Assembly (NCBI GenBank): GCA_043228905.1
Contig: JBHGNT010000013.1
Coordinates: forward strand, 13,082,001-13,146,000
Length of the DNA: 64,000 nt
Reading direction: 5' to 3'
DNA from: Azolla caroliniana
Lineage: Eukaryota > Plantae > Polypodiophyta
In this document: positions 35,695-56,073 of the stretch, in pieces
How positions within the stretch are numbered: the first letter of the stretch is position 1
Layout: each line of letters starts with the position of its first letter
The notes under the pieces: generated by a model
Seen by the model: only the letters and a program-made list of their open reading frames with translations
What the model was told of the DNA's origin: nothing
Database searches by the model: none
Made by a program: the position numbers and the translations under genes

Positions 35695-37443
35695 ATGAAT
35701 TCAACCCATAAGCAAGGTGTTGGATCTCGTTTGAATGATGAACAAAGGCTACAAATTTTGGAGATAGTGAAACAACCATCGACTCCTTCTCTTTGCAACA
35801 TAGGTAGAATTTTTGGTGTAAGTGAATCGGCGATTAGAAGTTTGATCAAGATGAAGGATGAGATACGAATGTGCGTCCAATTAAAAGATCATAATACAAG
35901 GAAAACAACTTTTAGGGGATCCAAAGGGAAATATCCAGAATTAGAGGAACGCTTGTATGCTTGGATTGATGCATCTCGTCGATTGTCAATTACATTGCCT
36001 CCATCAATTATTATGGAGAAGGCTCGGTGATTGGCTACACAAATGAATATTTGTGATGATGATTTCAAAGCAACTTGGGGTTGGTTTAGGAAATTTCGTC
36101 ATCACCAATGTTTGAATACTATTAGTTTGTATGGCGAAGGAGGGGCAGTTAATTGAAATGACCCAGAATTGTTGGCTTCTTTGGAAAGGTTGTATGCTAT
36201 AATCAACGAGTATGATGCTAGTTGTGTTTACAATATGGATGAAATAGGCTTATTTTTTCGATTAGTTCCAAGATATACAGTGCTTTTGCCTAGTGAAGAT
36301 CCTACAACAATTCAAGGTAAGAAAAAATTGCTAGATAGAGTTACCTTAGTTGTTTGTCGTAATGCTACTGGAACTGAAAAAGTTCCCATTACAATGATTG
36401 GAAAGGCTAAGGAACCAGCTTGTATTGTTGGAAATTATTGGCCATTACCCTAGTTAGCACAAAAAAATGCTTGGATTGATATCCCTACTTTTAATAAGTG
36501 GTTTGATCATGTGTTTGTACATTTTGTTCGTTCTCGAACTAATCGCAAAGTGCTTCTAATCCTTGATAATGCTCCTGGTCATGCCGAAACATTTGAGCGT
36601 GATGTTATCAAAGTGATTTTTTTCCCAGCCAATGTCACATCATGGAAGCAACCAATGGATATGGGAATTATTGCAGCGTTGAAAAAGAGGTACAAATATC
36701 ATTTGATAAGAGAAATTTTGACATATCATGATAGTCCAGAAAATGTTAAGATTCGTTTGGAGGATGTTGCTAAATGAATGAGAAGAGGTTCTATTGGTTT
36801 AACTTTTGGAAAGTCGGCACATTTGCTAGATGCTGCCAATCTCATTGTTATTGCTTGGAATGAGATCAAGTAGGAAACACTTTTTAATTGCTATAGAAAG
36901 GTAGATATTATTCCATCATTCCGCATTAATGATGTTGAAGTTGTTGAAATGGAAGATCAATGCCATGATGATCTTGTTGCTTTGTTATGTAACTGCAGTT
37001 TGCTTGAGAATGCACATAATGTAGAAGAAATTTGAGAGGAAATCATGGAATGTGTCAATGCAGATGCAAATGAATCAGAAAAACTAAATCAAAATCTACT
37101 TGAAGAGATTTATGAAGTTATAGCACAAGCATCCAACACTAATGAACCACTTGCATATGATGAAAATGATTCAAATTCTAAGTTTGTTGAGATGCAAGAT
37201 ATGCATGGATGCTTAAAGCAGGAAGATGTGATTATTCCTGAAGTATTGCAAAATATTGTTGATACCGAACTCATGCTCAACTTGACAATGACAACAACTT
37301 ATTTGAGTTCCGAGAAAGCCAAACAAGTAAAATTAGCTTTATCGAGTGCTCATAGAATTATTCAAGAAGCAAATTTTGCCATTGTTTTTAAGTGTATCGC
37401 TAAGAGTAGGCAAATGACCTTACATGATTTTGGTATGAAATAG
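35695..37443 (+). pseudogene. pogo/Tigger transposase (HTH + CENP-B-type HTH + DDE_1 domain), several in-frame stops
   Basis: FGVSESAIR HTH, YPELEERLYAWI, VYNMDEIGLFF, VLLILDNAPGH, PANVTSWKQPMDMGII. Confidence 0.92.
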
Positions 37444-38573
37444 CGAAAAACATAGAAATCCTATTTTTGTTGAATTTTTGCCATTTTTTGTAAGTTCTCG
37501 CTAAAAGTAGGCAAATGACCAAACATGATGTTGGTATGAAATTGTGAAAGAACTTAGAAATCTGATTTTTATTGATGATTTTGTTGTTTTTTGAATATTT
37601 GGAACATAGTTTCCATTTGGTTTAATGTATTTTGTCATAAAACAATGTAATTTTTTTGAACAAGATTTTGACATCTATAAAAAAAGCGCACTTAATAGAT
37701 GGCACACCACACTTGGCTACTTACTCGAATCCCCACATTGAAACATGTAAGGTTTGGTACTCAATCACTAGAGCTTGAATAACTTGTTGATTCTAACTAG
37801 CCATGGATTTCGTTGGTAAATATCTCATCAAAGAATTCATCACTTGTTTAATAGCTGAGAATTCAGGCTATTCCAAGTGAGATAGAGACATATTGATTGA
37901 GTGAAAGGTAATTCCATGCAACTCAATGCACCTGAAGAGTTGTACTACGCTCATCTTATTCAAGGGGAGAAACGAGTGCATAGTTGCGACAAGGAAATCC
38001 AAGCTGCTGCAAAACTGGTTGAGACGAGAATTTAAAGGTCTCACTCTATCGAGGCGAGGCACACAAAGGACAAAATTGAGGCGGAACAGGAATGAGAGCC
38101 ACAAGAAGAACTAACACTGCAAACTCATGAGGACTATGTGCATTTGCTTCAACGAATTCTACTACAACTTAAAAATGTCCTTATCAGCAAAGGAAGTTTG
38201 TAAGATGCGATTTGAGCTCGGGTGCATGAGTTGGAAAAACCATGGCTTACTAGCAGTTATCTTAAAAGTAGATGAAAAAAATGCACTGCTAAATTTGTCC
38301 TGGAAAGGCCATGGCATTTTAAGTTTTAACCCCAACAGATATATTGCAATGGTATATAATAACATTTCAAATGCTCTACATATATTATGTCTTCATAAAA
38401 TTTCCCCTTCTCTCTCTCTCTCTTAAAATATATACAGTGGATGGGCCAGAGCTTAAAACTGCGAAGAAGAGGAAGAAGAAGAAGAAGAAAAGGCCCTTTT
38501 ATATAACACAGAGCAGGGTTAGGTACTCTGTTCCTCTCTGTCTGTGCCACAGAGAGCCCACAGAAGGAGAGAG

Positions 38574-40944
38574 ATGGATAGAGAGACAGAGGGGCGCCTC
38601 GCGGCCCTGATCATGGAGGAGGCGGCCCGTCTCAAGTTGCAGGCCGAAAAGGAAGGAGTTCATGCCTACCTTCTCAAACCTAAAATACGCAGCCGACCCA
38701 ACCCTCATTTCCTCAAGGCCACTGTCCGTGGTGTCGAGCAAGGTGCAGTGAATCCCCCTCTTCACATCAATTGTTGTTTATATTATTAGGGAATTAATCC
38801 TGAGTTCCTTGTTTTCTCCCCAAATGCCCCTGATCAAACTCATAACACACACACACACACATGGGGATGATTTGACTATATAATTGTTCAACCAACATGA
38901 AAATTGAGACAAAAAGACATGAATTGCGGTATTATCACTCTCCATGGTGATGGCTGAAGGCACTTGGAGAAATAATGTAACTTTAGGTGTGTTGTCAAAG
39001 TGAAGAAAAACTCAGAGAGTCATTCTCTTATTATTTATGCATGTAATCTTTTATTCTGATCCCATTCTCTGTTAGTATTTTAGCCGTAGATCTGCTCTTG
39101 GATTCAATTTAGTAAATTTTGGTGCTTTTCTGTTTCCAGAATCTGGTTTTCTTTGTACTTGGATTCAAATCATATTTATTTTGCTGTATCTTTCCATCAT
39201 TGTCTTTTCTTTTTCTTTGTTCAACCATTTGTGTTGCTTTTCCTTTCCTTAATGATATACTCCCTTCTTACTGGACCTAGTTTGAAAATCTGTAACACTT
39301 TTTCTTTCCACAGTGACATGATTTCTTCATATTGGCCCTTGGGCTCAACCATTTTGATTGCTTTTCCTTTACATCAGGACACAGAACAATGGTTTTCCCT
39401 TGCACTTGTGGGCAATGAATTCAGCCATTTTTAGTGTTTTTTTCTTTCCACCATGACTTAATCTTCATTTTCTGTGCACTTATATTCACACCACCATCAT
39501 TTTATAATCAGCCAATCGAGCAGCCGAGGTGAATGAGATGTGGAAGCGTCGAAGTTCAGAGCTGGATCTCGAGAAGAGGGAAAAAGAAAGATCCAGAGAA
39601 AAGCATAAGAGAAGATCACCAAGAAGTTCATCACAGTCTTGTTATGATAAAGAAGAGAGATCATCAAGAAGGCACAGTGGAAGGCATCACGACAAGAGTT
39701 CTTCACCAAGGTCATACGTCGAGAATGTGAGAGGATATGTAGTGGATGAGGTTTCTGGTGACATATATGACAAAGAAGTAGCTAAAGATTCTCGCCATGT
39801 TATTGATGATCTTAGAGACGAAGGCTTGAAAGAGGATGAAGTTGAACACTTCTTGCACTCGAGGTATCATAATCTTCTTACCACCATTGCTGATTTAAAG
39901 AATGTTTGTTCTTAGAACCATTATTGAAATGTCCATATTCCAAATGTTTTTAAACCAACAGTGTATACTATATATAGATTGGAATGTCCTTCAAGAAGGT
40001 ATTTGGGCAGATATTTTTGGAAGGATGATGCTAATACTTTTATTTTTATTCACATAGAACATAACTAGAAAAAGATCATTATCTACTTACAACTCGTTTG
40101 GGTGATATTAATTGCAAATATGTACCCTTAACTGCAAGAATATCTCGGCAATCCTGTGTATTAGAGATATAGTCATCCACTATCAGATATTAAGAAACTA
40201 GGTTGAATCATCTCTGAAATTACAAATGCTGATATATGAATTGGTCTCTAGAAATGTAACTTTCTAATTATTGGGTATGCCCTATTTGGAGCTCTCAATT
40301 ATGATTCAGTGGTCACAATCATAGTATGTAACATACTCGAATGAATTTGCAAACGTTCTTTTTCATACATTTGCAAATGAATGCGTATGTATACTTATGC
40401 GTTTTTTACCGTAAATTTCTTACATTAAATAAAGTTTTACCTTATAATAAATAATGAATACAAAGGTATGGTATTTACCATACTTTGAGGGTGTTTACCA
40501 TACTCAAATGCGAATGCACGCATGGTTCATACTATGGTCACAATCATTGAGCTATAGAAACTACGGATTGTGTTTTTCTTTTTCTTTCTTTCTTTCATAT
40601 GGTTATTCTTATATTGGAGTTTCTTATGTCTTCCATATGGTCTGAAGTTGATATTTTTTGCATTCAGGGTTAAGAGAGGGAGGGGTGCAGTTGGATCTCG
40701 CATGGATGAACCTGGACCATATCCACTTCCTCATACGAGCTGCGAAAACGTTCCAGACATGCGTACCAAAGAAGATTGGGAAGATCGTATAATCGGTCCT
40801 CTACCAGAAGTGGATGTTAGTGAGGCAAAAAAGCCCAAGAAAAAGAAACAGAAAATTGAAGATCCAGAAGAAAGTTCATCAAAAATTGAGAAGAAGAGGA
40901 AAAAGAAGCATAAATATTCTCATAAAAAAGAGAAGAAAAGATAG
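38574..40944 (+). CDS. Uncharacterised plant protein, RS-rich middle and K-rich C-terminus (likely nuclear); exons 38574-38742, 39512-39863, 40668-40944
   Basis: Phase-compatible GT-AG splicing gives MDRETEGRLAALIMEEA...RPNPHFLKATVRGVEQANRA...FLHSRVKRGRGAVGSRMDEPGPY...KKEKKR*. Confidence 0.85.
40320..40536. mobile_element. hAT-type MITE in intron
   Basis: CATAGTATG...CATACTATG TIRs; perfect 8-bp TSD GTCACAAT. Confidence 0.9.
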
Positions 40945-42670
40945 TCCATGAAGGGTTTTGTTGGAGAATATAAAGCTAAAATTGTTGTATATTCATTAAA
41001 TTGGCATATATGGTCAGAGTCTATTGGATTCAATATATAAACGCAACACACATTGTCATGGGACAATGGTCGCATTTCCAGATGATGCGCATCCATACAA
41101 GTGTCAATTCCTTTATGAAACATACATGCATACATATCTTGATGGGATCTGTTAAGGTCAATGAGCTTGCTGGATCAAGTCTGTTTCTTGAAGGTGTAAG
41201 CTCACCTTATCTTGGTCTGAATAATTTGACTTTTTGTAATCACTATTGAAGTCAATTTGTATAAAGGGAGAAATTGTTCAGGTACTATGAATGCATGTTC
41301 ATGTACAGTTTGTTTTATATGAAGAGAAAGTTACAAGTTTAGGCTGGTATAAAGCATGTTACATGACCCTCACTATGGACATCAAATTGTATGAAGAGAC
41401 AGATTTTTGAGTACAATGAATATATGGCCATGTACAGCTTGTCTCATATGAAGAGGAAATTTGGCTTGCATCACAAATTTAGGTTGGTATAAAGCATGTT
41501 TACCTTGATACCAATGGGCGGTTTGCCCTTTTGTCACATGTTTATGTTTCAAATCGTCTCTTGATTTTTTTTTTGTAGAAACAAAGTCATGGTGAATGTC
41601 CCATGCCTCTATCTCCATGCAAACATTGTATCTTAATGTCCTTTTTTCTAATATATCGTCCTTATTTTCTTTACGCTTCGAAGGTTTCCCATACATCAGA
41701 GAATTTGTTAATGTAACTTAATGGCATCTTAATTTGCTTTTGGTCTCCTATTTTATTTCATGCTTCAAAAGCTTTTGGTACACGTAACAAGATTAAGAAG
41801 CTCACATTGATATGTTTAAGCTTTTTGTGACTTATATAATGAAAGTCTCAAGATCCACAAGCTAAGAATTTTTTTGAGACAATGTAGAAAATGAGTAATA
41901 GTGGTCTTTGCCATTCTCATTTGTAGTTTCCAATGCATTGGCCAAGAGGATAGGACATTGTGTGATCAAATTTGAAGTGGAAGTAATGTATTTTTTTTCT
42001 CTATTGCTAGGGATGATTATAGGGAGAACTTGTTTTTTGCAATTGTTTGATATTCGAACATAACCTTCCAAAACTCAATGTCAGTAAGTCCTATGTCCAA
42101 AATCAATCTTCACACGAACCATTCACTCATCGATGAGTTATGGATTGGCAAATCAAACAAAGGGCTCTTTACCTTCATTGCAACATAAACAAGCTCTTGT
42201 TCTAGAAGGTTTTGAATAACATATTGTTAATGCTATATTAGCATGAATGACTATTTAAGCAATATAAGAAGATTTAATATATAATGATGAGCTACAAAAA
42301 TGGAGAAATGTCTCTTCATATGAGATAGAGCAATAGAAATATAGTTTTAATTGATGTTCAACTTGTTTCGTTCTTATTATTCAATGAATGGTGCTTATGA
42401 TTCACCTAGTGTTAGAGAGGTAGAAACAGTTGAAGCACTACACATCATGTTTGAATTGGTAAACATGGAGACACCATTCAACCCAATTCCCTATTACTTA
42501 TTCGACTTATGCATTTTCATCTAGCACATTGACATCTCTAATTCTACGGCAAAAAGGTGCCAATGACGAAAAGCTATTGCATCGGTTCATGTTAGATACA
42601 GACAAAGTTTTAGAAAGAAGTTGCCAAGGAGAGAAGACAGAGATGGTAACGTGCCTCATGGTTGGTTGAC

Positions 42671-42869
42671 TGTTACGGGCATGACCATACTTTATCCACA
42701 TGTATAGAATACTACAAGATTGTAACTTGGCTCTGACACCAATTGTTAAAGCTAGATCCTAAGAAAGAGGGAGAGTATGTTACGGGCATGACCACACTTT
42801 ATCCACGTGTATAGAAACACTACGATACAATCTCACCATGGGATATATTATATGGTCATGCCCGTAACA
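42671..42869. repeat. 92-bp unit with 17-bp terminal inverted repeats (42778-42869) plus a partial direct copy at 42671
   Basis: TGTTACGGGCATGACCA...TGGTCATGCCCGTAACA; a Met-PBS-like GCTCTGACACCA lies between the copies. Confidence 0.75.
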
Positions 42870-43412
42870 TTCATTGTATCACTCCACGATCATGCACGGG
42901 CCGGGACATCCCATGGGTGTGTGTGTGGAAAAGGTGGGCATCGAGGGGTTGTTCCAGCGCCCGTGGATCTAGTCGCCGCCACATGTCGTGCCGTGTCATG
43001 TTGTGTGGCCAAGTCATGCCTTTCCTGTCCAATCAGCGCCTGCCACCTCACTTCTAGTCCGCATCTGGAAAAGAGGCGGACATAGGGTGGGGCGGGAAGG
43101 TGACTTCAGTGCCCGCGGATCGGATCGCTGCCACTTTATGCCCGTGTCATGTGGTCATGTCAGGGCCTTCCCATCCAATCCACCTCACTTCACTAGACGA
43201 GAAATTTATGGGGTTTTTGAAGACAAACACACACAGACACACACACACATATCAAAGGAAATGTGGGTTTGGACATACATACTGATACATACATACATAC
43301 ATACATATATCATATATGTATGTATAATGTACAATGTACTGTGTACATATACATACATACATATATTTTGACACTTGTGTGTGTTTTTTGTACTGTTCTT
43401 TTTTCTCTGTTT

Positions 43413-43421
43413 GGCGGGAAA
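43413..43421 (-). promoter_or_regulatory. E2F binding site upstream of MCM8
   Basis: TTTCCCGCC consensus 60 bp before the ATG; MCM genes are classic E2F targets. Confidence 0.65.
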
Positions 43422-43481
43422 GCACCCCCTGTCTGAGAGAAACACCACCGTACACACAGAAGAGAGAAATCGGCTGTAGCC

Positions 43482-50470
<6,989 letters not shown>

Positions 50471-52414
50471 TTGCCAGTCTCCCTTGCTTTTGTATAATAC
50501 AAGTTTTGATTTTCCTGTAAAAGATATTGAATAACGAGAAACATATGTACAAAAAGCTTCAGCTTTTAATGGTATAAACACAACTGTTTTGAGAGCCAAA
50601 GAGGTTGAAGTTTCAAGCAAATAACAATCTTAGCGGGGGCAATATTTCTGAATAACCATGTCTTTCTGTCTTAGGTCCATCAATGGTTCTAAATAAATGT
50701 TGTTATAATTGCCTCCAATCAAACATCAAACGTTCAATACAAGTTTTCTTATATTCTTTTACACCTTCGATGGGAACATTCACCATGTATTTGCATGAAG
50801 TAGGTGTTTAAGAAATTGCTACATTTTGAGAGGAGACATTTCTCACTTCAATGTGGTTGAATAATGATCTAATTTATTTGTAACAAGAGATGCCTCTCTA
50901 CTTGAATTTAAGAAGAAAGTTAGTGTTCATGAGACTGCCCATTGCCTTACGTTTGTTATGATTGCTTTGTTTGTTCCCAAGTGTATAAGAGTCTTAAGAT
51001 AGCATCATGAACAATTAAGAATGTCATGGTGAGGGCCAGTAACATAACAATTTTGCCAATTTCCCCCAACCAAACTTATAAAAAGATATCCAATCTCATA
51101 ATTTTTTGTAGCTTTTATAATAAATTATGCATGGAATTGTATGAGTTGATGGATTGCACCTTATAACTTCATGAACTATAGGTTGTGAGTGCACATGCCA
51201 TCTTAATGTGTGGGTGCACCATAAAAAGTTGTCCAACCTAATGTGTGAGTGCTCTATTGACCCATCTTAGCTAAAAGGCAATAGAAAACAAAAAAATGTA
51301 CTTTTTTTAAAATATAACGGGATTTATATTGCTTTTTGTGGTACCATGAAAAGATTGGTTGCCCATATTTTTCTCAACAAGTCTGCAAAGGGTCAATGTC
51401 ATTTGCACATTGAAATCGAAATGGCAAATTTGTAATGTATCCCTACGGAAGTCTACATTTTTCCATGATCACATGAAATGTTTCAATGCCAAGGCAAATT
51501 TATAATGTATGTCTAATGAAGTCTACTTTTTTGCATGAGTACATGGAAATATCTTATCATAGCTTGTGAAATTATGTTTGAATCTATCTTGTTGCTATAT
51601 GAATCTTTGTGCATAGTTTTTCTTCAATTGTCTTTCACTTGTTCAATTATTGGTGGGGTTGGAATTTTGCTTAGTCACTACTTTGCACATAACATCAAAT
51701 CAATGGTTGGATGACTTTGATTTCACGGTGGTGCTCAAGGAGAAGCTCTTTACACAATGGCACACCTTACATGTCACGCATTGGTATAGAAGAGTTAATA
51801 TCTCTTTATCTCTACACAACGAAGGAAGCAAAATAGAGAATGTCATCCTACTCCACTTACAAGCTTATTTCTATCCTCACAAATCGATGACACCAAGATA
51901 TGTGATTGAAGTGCCCTTTATAGTCTGATAATCGCATCTTTAAAAGGTGGAGACTTTGTGATGGAACCAACATGTTTTTGGGTGCTCTTTGCTAAGAGGA
52001 AGTGAGCAAGCGAACAAAGCTCACAGTGGTGGTTCGAATGGTTAACAATGAAGTCTAGGTTTCTTTGGCAAAGCCTTACCTCAGTGGTTTTGACCATTGG
52101 CGACTCCAGAAATAAGTTTGCGGGACTTATGAGGAAACGCCATCCCCGAAAGACGTCATTTACAAATGGTATTGCAAGCTGTAAGCGCGTTCACACTAGG
52201 CCATTTCTATTTCTCAAAGCCAAATGTGTATATGTATACAGTATTATGTATGTTGTATCAGTATGTATGTATGTATGTATGTATTGGACATAACACATAC
52301 GTGTATACATACATTTATATGTACAGATGTTTCAAATCCATTTGGAAAAACAATCAAAAGCCCATAAGCAGCAGAGCAGAAGGTGAAGAAGAAGAAGAAG
52401 AAGAAGAAGAAATA

Positions 52415-54785
52415 ATGAGGTAAGATCTTTCCTTGCATGTTGATTAACCCTGATTTCCCAACCCTAGAATTTATAGCCTCATGCGATGCTTCTTAGAATC
52501 GCTATACATCGCAACAATATATGCTCGTCTGAGAGAGAGAGAGAGAGAATTTGGACTTAGATCTGTCTGATATAAATATGTCGGCCTTTTTGTGTATGTT
52601 TTTCGTGATTTCTTCTTCAGTCGCCATCCCGAAGTGAAGTGGGCACAGAGATCAGATAAGGTATATCTCACTATTGAGCTTCCCGATGCCAAGAACCCGA
52701 AAGTCAAGATTGAACCTGAGGGAAAGTTCGAGTTTTCAGCCACCGCTGGCCCTGAAAATGTCGTATACGAGTTCGAGCTTCATTTATTCGACAAAGTGAA
52801 CGTAGAGGCATGTGCACTTATGCTCTGCTAGGCCTTCTCTTACATTTATTTTATTGATTGTAGCAACATTGATGTCAAATATCCCCTAAATAACATAATG
52901 AATGAAGATAGCATGTAGATTTAGAATCTCATAACATCACATTGTCTATTCTATAATTTCTATAATTTGAATGTCAAATTATGAATACTTTTTTCATGTT
53001 TTTTGTGATGCACGTCAATGTTCAGTCACTTTTCTTGGTCTTTTCTCATGTGTTTACTGATGTTGGAACCTTGATGTTAATTTTGACTGTTGAATGTCAA
53101 ACTGTAGTCACTGGGCTAGGGTTTTTTTCATACATTTTGTTGATGCTAGATCCGTGAGTTTGAACTTTGCCTTTTTGGGAAAGGGGATGTTGATGAATGA
53201 TAATTTTGTGAGGCAATATCATGTATTGCGTTGATCTTAGAATCTTGAGCTCAATCTTAATCTTCACCTATTTGTCAAGTTGAATGTCGAAGTATGGCCA
53301 GTTTACAATAACTTTTTTCATCTATTTTATTCATGTAGAATTAAGACTTTGGACCTCAACCAGCTGTTGAGTAATAGATGTAACCTAGAAAGACTTGATC
53401 AAACTCTAGACATTGTTCTCAAATCTATGCTTGTACGTCAGATTTCTATCAAATTCACATTTGCGTTGCCCTTCAATTGCCCATATAATTTGCTTTATAC
53501 TTCAAATATCCATCTATTGCAGTGCCCATCAAACATTATTTCATTGTTTTGGTGTATGCTCTGCCTCATACTCAAGGACTCCGTTTTATGGGTCATATCT
53601 CTTTTGACATACCTCATCTGAACGTTGGCCTTGGAAGGCTGAATCAAGCTCAAGCTCTGAACATTTTTCTCAAATGTTGTTTTCATGCTTGTCAATGTTC
53701 CTTATGCACTTATCTGTTAGATGTCCATCGAATATGAATTGTCCATCTGTTTTGCATTATACTTCAAAAGTCCATCTAATTGCATTGCTTATCAAATGCC
53801 ATTTCATTGTTTTGGTGTATTGTGCTCCATAATTAAGAACACTATGACAGGATTATATTGGTCTTTTTTTTTGTATCTAATGGTTACAAAATACCTGAAC
53901 TTCCTGTATATTCAGGAAAGCAAGATCAGTGTTGGCTTGAGACATGTCTTTTGTGTCCTTATAAAAAAGGAGAGTGGATGGTGGAAGCGTTTACTGCATG
54001 GGGATGGAAAAGCGCCACCTTATTTGAAGGCTGATTGGGACAAGTGGGTGGATGAAGATGAAGAAAATGAAATTCCTAGTGATAAGCGTAAGTTTTTTTT
54101 TTTTTTTCTTTTTAGCAAGTTCTTGCATTGTGGAATTGAAGTCTTACAGATTTGGTGACTGTTGTTGATAATTGTGCAGTTAATAATTTTGATTTGGGCT
54201 CGATGAATGACTTTTCTGTAAGTTATTTATGCCTATCCCTACAGTTGTAATAAGGCATTCTGTGTATGATGTATTGACACATTTTGATTTGGTTAGGATT
54301 TCAACATGGGGGATGATATGGGTGGCGAAGAGGAGTCTGATAGTGATGATGAAGGTACATGAGAAGCTTACAATTTGAACAGTAATTGTAAATCCTATAT
54401 TTTTGGAATGAAAAAATTGTTGTCCTTATTTATGAAATTGGATGATACTTTTAGAGTTCTTGTCTAGAGTAATTATATCCACGTTTCCTATGGGTGTTTA
54501 TGTTGATCACTACCTTTGTAAAGTGTATCAATTTGTGTTTGGCATGGAGCATTTTGGTACATAATGTATGCTAATGTTTGAAAATGGTGTGACAGAACCT
54601 GATGCAAGCATGAAGGAAGATTCGGATGAGAAAGGTATTTGTAGTATTTGTAGTTCACTGTGTGCATCGAGTTGTGAAAAGCCAAAACTAATGGAATTGC
54701 ATGTTTTTTTGCCATTGCACCAGCAGATGAGAATCCCAGTTCAACACCAAAAGCAGAGGCCACAGAGACAAGTGGGAAATCTTAA
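52415..54785 (+). CDS. p23: HSP90 co-chaperone p23 (CS domain, acidic tail); exons 52415-52419, 52621-52807, 53916-54087, 54180-54217, 54297-54354, 54596-54634, 54724-54785
   Basis: MSRHPEVKWAQRSDKVYLTIELPDAK, WWKRLL, YLKADWDKWVDEDEE. Confidence 0.93.
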
Positions 54786-56073
54786 GTTCTCATATAGGGC
54801 CCTGTGAACTCCACAATGTCACAGTTTTGAAGCTTCTCTGTTTCTTTGAGCTCGCCATTTGTAATGGCAAAGTTTAGGACTGTATGTGATAATTTTGAAT
54901 TGAATGGTTTTTTTGTCTTCCCAAACATTTTTTCCTTTTCAGGAAATAGTGAAAGGATCTTTGTGGATTAGAGCACGTGGCTATGCACCATGGACTTTTG
55001 CACTATTGCAAAACAAAAGCCAATCTAACAAGGAACTTTGGGTGATAAAATGAATGATGTTATAATGCTGCAGTAACATAAAATATTTATGATTATGAAA
55101 GTAGTTACACTTTGCACCATTTCCTTTTATGGTATATTCTGGTATTACAATGAGATGAGAGCCACTTGTGGTAGGTTAGTGTAAATGCATGTCATTATGG
55201 AAGAGTTCTGATAATTGGGAGGCAGACATAAGTAATTATGTAAGCATACAAATTTTTTTAAGAGCTTCACCCCAAGCCTTGAGAGACTGATAGAATATAT
55301 AATCCCTCCCATGTGTGTACCATAAAGTTATGCCCCAACTGTAGCCTTGGGAGGTCTCTTGGAAGAATTCTCAAGAAGAGTGTTTGATGAGCAATATATA
55401 TAACCTAATATGGGAGTCTGTTGTAAGTTTTTTAATTTTCTTTTCCCAAGTAGATGTGCATGCGTATACCATGTTTGAGTCAATTTAGTTGTGGGTGGTA
55501 TTGATGAGGCAAGTTAGGAATAGTTGTTTTAGCATGTGCACGGGTTTTGCTTTGTCAATGGAATGTTTTTATTAAGCCTTCTGTTGAAACACATCAATAG
55601 ACATTGATTGTACAATTGTTTAGGATTTATGAGATTCAGGTTGGTTAAGGTGATTAAAGAGTCATGGTTACTAAGTTACACTTGGAAAGTACACTTCATT
55701 GTTGATAGATTCTTGCAAAATGCAAGGAGTGCTTCCATACCCAACTTTGGGTTATGTTCTTTGCACTTCATTCATTGTTGATAGATGCCCCCAAAATGTG
55801 AAGGGTACATTTGTATCTAACTTTAAGGTGCATTCCCTATGCTTTGTTTGTTGAGAGATTCTCTCTCAAAGTTTCATTTCTTTTGTTCACCAATAGAGAC
55901 CAATGTTATTTTGATATACACAAGTCTCTAACATCAAAATGGATGTAAATTTTCAGAATGATATGAGGTCCTATGTTTCATTGATATGAAATATGTGTGT
56001 TTTGGCCATTTTTTCATGGCTTTTGCTTTTACAAAGAATATATATTAATATATTTCTTTTCGCAATCATAAAC

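Larger units (their letters stand above)
33223..37707 (+). mobile_element. pogo/Tigger-family DNA transposon, right TIR truncated
   Basis: TA followed by CAGTAAATATTCGGTTAAGTGCGC left TIR; transposase remnant; 3' subterminal matches the reverse complement of ~14500-14545 up to ATGGCACAC. Confidence 0.85.

Noticed and set aside
54721-54726. NAGNAG acceptor in the last p23 intron
   Set aside because: Real but commonplace; a one-residue difference in a disordered tail.
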